Positions 53,431-64,000 of a DNA stretch of 64,000 bases are shown in pieces. This stretch comes from Acanthaster planci. Lineage: Eukaryota. Location of the stretch: positions 930,789 to 994,788 of the forward strand of contig NW_019091356.1 in NCBI RefSeq assembly GCF_001949145.1. The letters are read 5' to 3'. Position 1 is the stretch's first letter. Each line of letters opens with the position of its first letter. Made by a program: the position numbers and the translations under genes. The notes under the pieces were generated by a model that saw nothing but the letters and a program-made list of their open reading frames with translations, ran no database searches and had not been told where the DNA came from.

Positions 53431-55153
53431 GATACGGTCCAAACGAAAGCAAGATGTGATACGAAGGAAGGTAGGTGACCAAACCTACTCTCTCTTCTTT
53501 CTGCAACGATGTGATGTGTTTAATCATTTGCGTTTGTGCTGCGGACAGCAGAAAGTTTGAGTTCCCCCAAATGGAATTGGCGGGTTTTCTTACGACGGCT
53601 TTTGTGTGTATCGGAATTTGTTGGGAGAATGTATTTGCCATTTGAAGGGCTGCTTTAAAGTGGGCATCTTTGGAGAAGATTGTGTCAAAAATGGAACCGT
53701 CGAGGATGTTGTGCTTCTTACAGTAGTCAAGAGATGAAAGGATGCACCTTTGAATCTGGTGAGGAACGTGACAACATGTTTGCTCATTGATGAGAGTGTT
53801 ANGCCTAGTCGGGCATCAGAACAAATGTCGGCAGGATACAGAATTATACATTGGCTGGATGTCATGTGGATGACACAACCTTTGTTTCTCTATGCTGCTC
53901 GAAGTAGCCGAGGATTTTGACTTCCGTATTCAGCCCTGTTTAATCTTTTTATTTGGCACGGAGACTGAAATTGACGCGACTGATGTTAGCTTAACCTGGC
54001 TTGGCCTTACCTGTGCAAAGCAATCAAGTCCGTTGCAACATGTGAAAAAAAGTGCTTGGAATGTGATTTGTAAGCACAGACTCTGATATCGGTTGTCCTG
54101 TCATGGTGTGGATTCAGCAGTGTAAATAATCATGATTAAAGTGCACTATGAACAAAGGTGCAACACAGGTGCAACTTGAAATTTTGATTAGTCACAGAGG
54201 AGTGGTTTGTGACAAGATTCATCAAACAGGAATTTCCCACGAGGAGAAAGGACACGAAAATGAACAGCCACTTATCTTGAATAAGTACGAAGAAAAGTAG
54301 CCTTTTGGAGGTATTTTATTCCTTTAATATCAGCTGCTCTGGTTGGTAATGCCACCGCTAAGCATTTTCATCTGTTCAACCTTTGACTCGTGAACTTGAA
54401 AACACCGTCTCAAAGATGACAATGATACAGTGTAAGCAGGTGGAAAGAGGTGGCGTTGGTCATGCAATTAACCAGCCACCTTGCTTCCACTTGCTAATGT
54501 GACTGAAGAACAGCCCAACCTCTTGACCAGTGCAGGAGACTTACAAGAGGTCCAAGTAAACAAACGATCAATGAAAAGAGCCGTGCAATGAGAAGTAATT
54601 GTATAGAGCAGCTTCAGACTTACAGAATGCCATGGATTTGGCATCATCTTCCAGATTTTCGTTGGTTTCTTTTTTCTGAGAAGCCAATCCAAAATGGTTT
54701 TGATGACGACTTTTGTTTCTGATACAAATGTAGTGTGTGTTTTCATTTAACATAAAGCATCACTGTGAGTGATATTTGTCTGGTGCGAGATTCTTCAACA
54801 GTCTTGAAGCCTTAGTCCAAGATTCTCAATTTGCAAGGGCAACATAGACTATACAGACTCAAAATTCCATTTTGTAATATAAAATCCTTGCTCAGCGTTT
54901 TATTAAATTGCTTACTCTGGAAATGAAATTCCAAGTCGCTTTAGGTTGTCTTTTCCTAAAAGTTCAAACATTTATGCATGAATCCATGGAATATTTAGTT
55001 ATTGGTGTGTGAGCCTATCACAAGTCATTCAGTTTTAGCCAATTCACAAGCCATTGAAATGAACCGCGACAGAAGCATTCCTTTGTTCTTGTTCATCCTG
55101 TCTTGTGAAGTTAGAAAGAATTCGTTTAGAAACCACACAAAAATGGAACTAGG

Positions 55154-55547
55154 TTAAAAAGCACCTCTAAGGAAACATTTTTTCTCTGATTTTATTTGTT
55201 CAAATAAACAGGGAAGCATCCACATCAACCGCAGTGTCATTTGTCTTCAGAGCTCAACGATAACAAGCTAAAAAGGGCTTGCATGCCAAACACTGGCTAC
55301 ATGCATTATTTGGTATGCACAGGGTCAATCCACTACGAACACAGGGCGAGGGCTCCCCTCGTTTTCTCTGTTTTCTCCAAATGACGCAAGCTACATTCAG
55401 AATTTCGCATCTTGGCATGAACAGAAAAAGCCCAATAGCTTGTTGAGTTCTGAAGACAAATGACACTGCATTCTATTTGGATGCTTCCATACTTATTTGA
55501 ACAGATAAAATCAGAGAAAGCATGTTTTCCTGAGAGGTGCTCTTTAA
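55154..55547. mobile_element. MITE with ~110-bp terminal inverted repeats downstream of the DYM stop
   Basis: TTAAAAAGCACCTC..TCTCTGATTTTAT..GCAGTGTCATTTGTCTTCAGAGCTCAAC / GTTGAGTTCTGAAGACAAATGACACTGC..ATAAAATCAGAGA..GAGGTGCTCTTTAA. Confidence 0.85.
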
Positions 55548-56367
55548 ATTTATCATATCTCAGTGTTCAACTTCTAGATTTGCTTGAATTTTGCTCAGCT
55601 GGAAAAAAATAGTAGTATTTTATGGTGTAATAGGTATTCTACAGAAAGAAAGTCATTGACATAGTGTGTGGCGTCATTTGGGGAGAAGTTTGTTTTGTAA
55701 GTTTTATAGTGTGTTCTATCAATCAGAGTATACTTTTGTCACTCTTTAGCTGTTGCAATTTCATAAACTCTGAGTTATGTCTTCTGTCCATGTGCATGTA
55801 TTGACATGTAAGTGTTGTTTTTGGAGCATGCATGTACATATCTGTAAATGCTGTACCATAGTAAATGAGTGCATTTGGCAATTTTTAGAATGTTGAAGAG
55901 AAAACATTCCTCCCTGAAACTTGCAGAAATTTGTAGTCAAGCTGACTGCGTTTTCAACTGCAAGGGAGCTGTTGAGTCCTAGCAGTTTTCAGAATTTTAT
56001 TTCAGATTTTTTTGTTCATGGGACTGTTTTATTTGCATTTAATACCAGATATGTTTTTTGAGCTTCACATACTATTTTGGACTTCACAGATTGTCTTGCC
56101 TTATGTATGTTATCACAACTGTGCTTGTTAAAGAACATTCGGTTTATTAAGTTGGAGCTACTTTAAACTGGTAATTGGAACATATCTACAGATTACGCAT
56201 ACGACTTAAAACATTTGTAAGGAAGTAGAACTCTCATTGTTGGAAATTATTGCGAGCAATATAAGACTGATATGGTACATGAAGAATCCTTGTGATGGGC
56301 TGATGTTCTTTGTCTTTTGACTGCATTTTGCTATGGTCTTACCTTTTTGGGTTGTCACTGTTAACAG

Positions 56368-56607
56368 TGAGGCCAATTTCATAGAGCTCCTTAAGCACAA
56401 AATTTGCTTAAGCGTGAAAAACCTTGCTTGGCAAATCAGGTTAGCAGCCAAAACTCCATGTGATGTTGTTTTGGAATGGTATTCACCTGTCGTTTGGTTA
56501 TTACATGACAATCACCTAGATTTGGAGCTGGTAACCCTTGTTTTTTAAGCAAGGTTTTTGTGCTTAAGGAAATGTTGTGCTTAAGCAGCTCTATGAAATT
56601 GGCCTCA
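56368..56607. mobile_element. MITE
   Basis: TGAGGCCAATTTCATAGAGCTCCTTAAGCACAA / TTGTGCTTAAGCAGCTCTATGAAATTGGCCTCA TIRs. Confidence 0.85.
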
Positions 56608-58491
56608 GCTGGCAGGGACAAGATCAATAATGCAGCAGGTATACTCTGTGTATCTTCTTATCTTTATCATTGCCAGTATATCTACATATGCAGAGCATGG
56701 CTTAATTTCACAGGGCTCTGTGTTTGAAGAGAGCATAACAGTTTTAAGAGCTTGGGGATTCCTTAGCGTATATCAACTCATTTTCTTCAGATTTGGAAAC
56801 AAACTATCCACTTCCCCATAGCTGCTGGTTCTCATCAACTTTTTGTGTGTTTCACATTTTTAAGTTGGTCTGAGGTTAAGTGACATGTTCACTTTGCGAA
56901 GTTACACTTTGGAAATTCCTTTTTACAGAAGTCTGAAAATGTGACACAAATCGCCAGCACCCAAGTGGGGGCGACTGGTTCCATTCTGAGGTGGTCCATT
57001 GTTCCAGTCGGGTACATTTTAGCCCAGGGAATGTTGTCATCGGAATTAGAAATTGGCCCTACCCCACTCTCCCAATGACAGTCTGTCAAATGAAGTCATG
57101 TAAAGTTGGGCTAGCATCTTCCCCATGAACATGGTACTTTTACACTCATTGGATCTTTTTCTGGCACAGGAGAGGGGAAGAAACGAATTTCTTTTTCCTG
57201 GCAGTGGGGATTTTTCTTTGGCAGTCTTTCCCTGTGGGTGTACTGTAATGCTACGTAGGACACACAGCCTTAGTCATAAAAGGTCTATGCCTAGCGGTTT
57301 GAGGGAACGCCACCACACTGTCTAATGTTAGTATGATCTCGTTCCTGATAGAGTTACGGCTGGATTTCCTGGTTTATGTAAACTAATTGCCTCTGGGGCG
57401 GCTGGCTGCTTCTAGGGCTCTTGGATTCCTGCTGATGCAGCGGGTTGCGGCCTGCTGGGTCTTTGAATTCCCACTTACCATATTACCCATGTGGCTGCCC
57501 TGAAGATGAATACACTTACACGGTGTTCGTTGTGCAAGATTACTTCTGTGCTTTACAGATGTACAAGAAAAACACTTTGAAAATGAGCCAGGCGTTTATA
57601 TTTGTTTCTTATTGCATTGATATCAGAAGTGATTGTTGGAATTACAAACTAACAAGAACTTCTGCAATCTTGAAACAAACTTCTGTGCTAATTCTTATGA
57701 GATATCTTTGGGGTAACCCCTCACACACTACCCATTTTGACTTGGAGTGCCGCATGTTGTGTTATGAATGTTCTGGTTTCCCGAGTATCGCCCCTGTGAT
57801 TATGATTTATGGAGTCTTGCTCCCTCCCCACTTCTGCAAGTTCCCTTTCCAATATCCTTATCTCCCTCTAGACCCTCTTTCTTCACTTCTCTGTGATGAG
57901 TCGTTACCCAACTGCCCCTGACAAGGGAGGGGGTTACTGATCAAGCTATTTCTAATTCCCCCAAATTATTCTGGACTCCACATTGTCGGGAGCTGTCAAG
58001 GCCATCAGATTATTGCATACTACAGATCCTCTCTACTCGTTTTCATTAGTGGGTTTTTTTTTTTTTTTGAGGGGGAGTGTAAGTCTCACCCTTAATTAGA
58101 ACGTGACTTTCTTGAGGTGGGAGGTTTCTTCCTCTGTCCTCCTGCCTAGGGTCAAAGCTTAACCCCCTTTTTTTGCCATCCCGGCAGAGGTCTGGTTGTG
58201 ACTTGGAAGTTTGGGAAGAGGGAAGGATCTTGGAGATTGATTCCCCCACCCTGAAACTGCCAAATCCTCCCAGAGAGAACCGAAGCAAGTGACTTGATAA
58301 AGTTGTTGTATTCTTTGAGTTGAATTAGCCATTTGCTTGATTCTTGAAGTTTGTGACGATTGTGCTGGCAACGATATGGACTCATGGAGGAGACATTTTA
58401 TGGTTGCCTTCATGCACCACTACGCCTAGGACTATCAGAAATAATAACATTTGAGGAAAGGGCTCAAGTTTCGGGCAAAATAGGCAAAGAT

Positions 58492-59073
58492 CAGCGTTGT
58501 AGTCGAGACCTCTCAAGACCATCACAACACCAACACAAGACCATCACAACACCAACACAAGACCATCACAACACCAACACAAGACCATCACAACACCAGC
58601 ACAAGACCATCGCAACACCAGCACAAGACCATCACAACACCAACACAAGACCATCACAACGCCAACACTAGACCATCACAACACCAACACAAGACCANGA
58701 CCATCACAACACCACCACAAGACCATCACAACACCACCACAAGACCATCACAAGACCATCACAACACCAGCACAAGACCATCGCAACACCAGCACAAGGC
58801 CATCACAACACCAGCACAAGACCATCACAACACCAGCACAAGACCATCACAACACCAGCACAAGACCATCACAACACCAGCACAAGACCATCACAACACC
58901 AACACAACACCATCACAACACAACACCAACACAAGACCATCACAACACCAACACAAGACCTTCAGTCTGATTTAAACAAAAGCATTCCTTTGTCATTCTT
59001 CATCCTGTTACTTGTGACTGGTCTTGTACCTGGTTTTATGAAGGGTCTTGTGGTGGTCTCAACTACAACACTG
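58492..59073. mobile_element. Non-autonomous hAT-type DNA transposon containing a 22-bp minisatellite
   Basis: TIRs CAGCGTTGTAGTCGAGACC / GGTCTCAACTACAACACTG; perfect 8-bp TSD GCAAAGAT at 58484-58491 and 59074-59081. Confidence 0.88.
58514..58960. repeat. 22-bp tandem repeat CAAGACCATCACAACACCA(A/G)CA
   Basis: About 20 near-identical units, with one N inside the array. Confidence 0.95.
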
Positions 59074-62000
59074 GCAAAGATGTGACGAACAAATGTATGG
59101 ACAGTAAATTGCATGCGTTAATCTGCCCTCAACGAAAGACGCAGGACATGTGTATTTTCTGAATGTGTTTGTTTATCTCTTCATGTCTAGTCCTTTATCT
59201 TACTGTTTCAATGAGCCTTTTTTTAGTTTTTTTTTTTCTTTTCCTTCCTCATAGGATTCCTCAACAGACCATCTCATTCCATTGCTTCTGGTGTCCGTTC
59301 CACGAGTGATGGCAGAAAAGCAGCCTCATGTTGCTTCTCTCTAGCAAATTGTTTGATTTCTCCCTGCAGAGATCTATGTAAACTGTGCCCCTACTTTCCT
59401 GGAACTTTCCACTGTCCCTGTTCTTCATTAATCTTGTCAGTTCTTTTCTCTTATCGTTGCACCACAGCCTTAGGAATGTCTCCAGAATGAATTTGCCAAA
59501 TTAGAGCTGTAAAATAAGAACGACAAATAAAAGAGATAAGTAAAATTTCATTTCAGAGAGGATCAGAGATCATCAGAGTCAGTGTCGCTTTCTCCTTTCT
59601 TCACCTTGAGTTGACAAAGTTCTCACTGTGCCCTAAGACATTTGAAGATCCCATGAACTCCCTGTAGGCTGACCTACATTTCTGAGGCTGGCAGGCAGGC
59701 AGGCTTTCTCTTCTTGCTCTAACTCTCAACAAAGTTTCCTCCCTGGTGGATACTTTCACACTTGGGGTTGTCTTTACTGCTGAAGGTTGCTCCTAACACC
59801 CTGGCTGTTGACAGATGAGGTAGCTGATGCTAGTCCAGCCTGGTCAGCCAGTACCTTGGCTGTAACCTCAAGCTTGTGATAAGTGGCAGTTTCCTGAGTC
59901 TCTTTTTTCCTCTTTTACCCAGGGTGCAGGTTTGTTTTGGGAGGTGTTGCAGTCAGGGTAGGGGTTTAACTGGAATAGGGTAATTAACAGAGGTGCCACT
60001 GGGGTTGTGTGTGGGAACCTGCACCTGTACCTGCCTATTAACCACTTTCCAATTCTGGCCCTAGGTACATAAAACTACCAGCTACAAACTCACTGAATTT
60101 ATTGAATTGTTAAATGAAACCAAGGGCTCATATAGTACATGTGCTGAAATTTTTCAAGTTTGCGTCCAAAGGTTGATGAGCATTTTTGGTTGGACAAATT
60201 GGCAACTTGAATGGATTTATCATTTACACAAAATGAGGAGAGGATTAGAATTTGGTTTTGAGGGGAAATGCCCCATCCCCCCAAGAAACAGCTAAATAGA
60301 TCAAATAAACTGTGAAAATGGACAAGCTACAGATGAGGGTTTGCAATTACAAGAGTTTGTTCTGAACACAGTCCAAGTTTCTGATCCTGAAAATTGCAGT
60401 CCTAAAAAACAGCCAGCACATCGTAACTTGTTTCCTTTACATCTCTGGAAATATTTTCTAGTGCTTTCTGTCCTGGGATAAAGACACACTTTTGTTGAAT
60501 TTCTTTGATTTGGTTAATTTTTCACATTGATTTGTTGTTTCTCTGTTTTGATCTCGCAGTTTTCGTTTTCTTTTCATCTTTTCTGCTTTAAAATTTGTTA
60601 TTCCCTCCCCCTTCGGGCTAACAGGCATGTGTAACATGACATGATTCACAGAGCCCTAGAAGTCTTGCTTGGGGTGACGTCCCTTCCACCTTCCCAATTT
60701 GCCCTCAGCTTATCTCGCCCCGCAAATATGGCCGCTTAGCGATTGGATAATGTGGCTGGCACCTCTGTGCCAAATGGAGCTAATTTCTACCAATTAAGTT
60801 TAATTTGCACCGCTGCCCGAACGACTTAGCCACTTAACCCTGGCAGAGACTGGTCGTGACGATGTCTGGGCTGACAGCAATATTGACGATGACAATTATA
60901 GATATCAAACTCTTGTAATTATGATGATACAACAGTTTGCACTGTCACCATAAGTAATCCCTTCCCCCCCCTAAAAAAAATCTGACAGCGATATTTGTCA
61001 GGGTTTTTAGGAAGCATGTTAATCCCTTCATACTTAACCCATTTCCTCTTCCAGAAAAGCCTGGCATAACTTGCGCCATCATGTCCACTACAATTTCAAC
61101 TGTGGCTCCAAATTGTTTTGCTTAATTCAATCGAAACGACAGTGACTCATGCCAGCCATCCACCCCGGCATCCATACCTCATTCTCCCCCCCCTTCACAT
61201 CACCAGTAAATTAACAGCCAAGTAGATTTACAAACAGAGGCTGTATGCTGTCACAGATAACGTTAAGTTTCTTCGCATTTGTTGAAGCCACACCCTAACA
61301 GATGGAGTTATGTAATTAAGATGTCCTGATGTGATATATGCATTTCAAGGCCAAAAGGATCCAGAATCTTTTCTTCAGGAGTATTTTATTGATGGCCTTG
61401 TAAACATTTTTGCTTTGAATAGATTTATGGCACTGCTACATTTTGTATTTTTTTTCTGTTTGGGAGAGAATGGTGTCATTCAAGATGTCTCACCAGGAAT
61501 TTACATTTTCCAAAAGGTAGAACTGTAACGTTAACAGCAACCGGAGACAGTTTTCGTTGGTAATCATCAAATGTTGGTTTTCAAAGGATATTTCTTTATT
61601 TTGGTTGGGTAATAATTTTCTGAATGAAAGATTGCCCAGTTTTGAATGCAGTATTCGTGATACAGTAGTTTAAAACCCAAACTCCCTGGGGTGTATGTAA
61701 AATCGTATTGAAATCGGAGGATTTGGGCAAGTTACATGTTACAAAACAACATACATGTATTTACATAAGTTCTTTTCTTTAGGCTCTTTTAATTTTTATG
61801 CCCAAACTTTAATGCAGTTTTTATTTTTTTACTTTTTTGTAAACATAATTCCGTAAAGAAACAGTTGGGAACTCAAATGAACAAATCAAACTAATGGCAG
61901 AGGGCGCTCTATGCATGCTCCACGTAGAGCCCTGTACATAGAGAGTTGCGACATGAGTGTCAGCATTGTTGGAGACAAACTGGCAGGTGTATGCGCCAGT

Positions 62001-64000
62001 GCACACGGACAGTTGGTACACAATAGCTTCACGCTCTGCTGTGCGCATCATGAACTGCCATTTTGTTTCCAAAATCCGTAGGATGTGCTACTCTCGCTAA
62101 ATACATGTCTAGCCCCACATGGTTTGTTGTCTGGATATAGCGTCCGAGTGGCTGGTTGGTATTATTGTTTTGACACACTTCAGTGCAGTGTCAAGACACG
62201 TGGAGCATCATATTCATTTCTGTTGTAATGAATTATTCACTGTTGTTGATGGAGTTTTTCTCTTTTGAAACTAGCGGGAGCCAATTTTCAAAAAGTGGTA
62301 CCCGGATTTTTCCTGGCGGCCTTTTTGACGTCTCACGATTAATGACTTGTTACTTAGTCTGGAGTGTGCTCAGCTTTTGATGAGTTTGGCACCAGACCAC
62401 CAGACCATGAAATGATGATTTCTTTCTTTTTTTTCAATTTTTTTTAACCCATAAAAAGTGTAGAAGTTCATGATTAACCATCTGGTTTGCTTGCATTAGT
62501 AGGATCTACACAGTTTTATAACTGTAGTAAGTGCCAATCTTACACACATGATAAAGTTCTTCAGGAGCTGCGAAAGTTCTGCTACTGTCAATCCTGTGAT
62601 TGCTCAAGGATCGACAATTCCATTTTTGCATCACAATTGGCATTTTTATTGAAAATTAGTCGCTTTTGTTTGTTTGATGGTCGTTATAAATTTAGAACCT
62701 GTCATCAGCCCTACAAAAGTGGTATCCTATGTACGAGGCAATTTTTGACCGGGCTTTGTTTAAAATTTTAGTGATGAATTTTCAGCAGGAGTCATCTTGA
62801 GCTCAATTCATGACTTGCCAATACCTTCATTCGGCAGTGAGGCACAGATATTTGCTTACTGCAGAAAATATATACTTAGTAGAAACAGGTTACCAGCTAA
62901 AAGTTTATCGAAAATATGTTGCTTCATATGTTACCAGCTAAAAAATTGTGTCATCTATATTACTTTGTACCAGTAATGTTACCAGCTAAATATGAATATA
63001 ATATTGCTTCACTGGTTCCCTGCCGAGTTTGGTTATCAGGAATTCTTGCATAGCAGTTCAAAGAAGTAGGGTCCAATGTCAATTTCTGACGGCATTATGG
63101 TACATGTTGTTTATTTGGTTGGCTGTGTTCTTCTCAAGTGGCCATGTGGAGACAGCAATGTGTTGCATGATCAGAATAGATATGTCGGTGTCGACATGTT
63201 TTACGGTCATGAGGGATTTTAATTTCCCCTCGTCCCTTTCCTCAGGACAGTTTTATTTGGTTGTCCCAAGGAAACAAACTACATATATACACCTCTTTGA
63301 TAATGGAATGAGCAATGTCTCTCTTGGACCATGGAATTGATTGACCTGCTCCTGTAATTGTTGCAACATTTGTGTGTGAGATATGGCACAGTTCTAGGGC
63401 CATTGGAGTACGTGTGGCATGGGTCCCAACTTACCGTAAAGTAAAATCAAATAGTGCCCCTGGGAGTGGTCCCTAGGCCGTGATCTATAGTATAGAAGCT
63501 ACAGCACCATGGCCTTAGATTCACCCTCCCTCTTCCCCTCACTCATCATCTCCTCCCCCCCCACCCCAAGGGGCATTTGACACTGGAGTTGACATTGAAC
63601 TCTCATTAAGAGCATTTGCACAAGACGAGACACTCCAAGCCTTCCTGATCCCTTTCATGGTTACAACTTGATTGGAATTAATTTAGTTTGTAGGAGTATG
63701 ACACCCGGTGCTGTCCCTGAGATAAGAAAGGGCCTGCCCTCCCTGGTTGGGGGGGGAGGAGTTCACCGGAGAAGTTTCAGAAGGGGCGTTGTCAGGATCC
63801 TAGGGGAACGTGAACCAACTGGGCCCTGCACTTTCAGAGATAATCCAGTGTCAGGTCATGTTTAGGGCTTTGGATTGACATCTTGAGTCTCAAACTATTT
63901 TTTTTTGGGGGGGGGACATGTTGCTGAGGGTGAGTAGTGTTTGAGGAGTTCAGTTGTTGGCATCAGTTGTTACAAAAGGGAAATAGTAAGGCAGTGATGA

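Noticed and set aside
58360..58671. 103-aa ORF with repeated H/Q/T motifs
   Set aside because: Translation of the 22-bp minisatellite.
62889..62990. GTTACCAGCTAAA three times at 41/48-bp spacing, superficially CRISPR-like
   Set aside because: The repeat is only 13 bp, the spacers are partly similar to each other, the context is eukaryotic and there are no cas genes; likely a decayed tandem repeat.

Overview
Eukaryotic, intron-rich animal DNA. An invertebrate deuterostome, probably an echinoderm, is inferred from gene structures and repeat types. Five conserved genes were reconstructed exon by exon: ANP32 (minus, 3' end runs off the left edge), a clan-2 cytochrome P450 (plus, 526 aa), PRMT3 (minus, 544 aa), CSDE1/UNR (plus, 821 aa; head-to-head with PRMT3 across a very short spacer) and dymeclin DYM (plus, 684 aa). 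Introns and UTRs carry many MITEs, two piggyBac-like copies, a SINE with a triplicated head and a hAT-type element with an internal minisatellite. The most interesting unexplained signal is in the 6.7-kb DYM intron at 44152-50847. Its minus strand shows splice sites, a 44-aa single-TM ORF, a coding-looking 90-aa orphan ORF, chains of stop/start-coupled sORFs and a duplicated non-coding element. Together these suggest a nested antisense micropeptide or polycistronic transcription unit. This is inference and needs RNA-seq, Ribo-seq and conservation tests. No prokaryotic features, CRISPR, rRNA or bona fide tRNA genes were seen.
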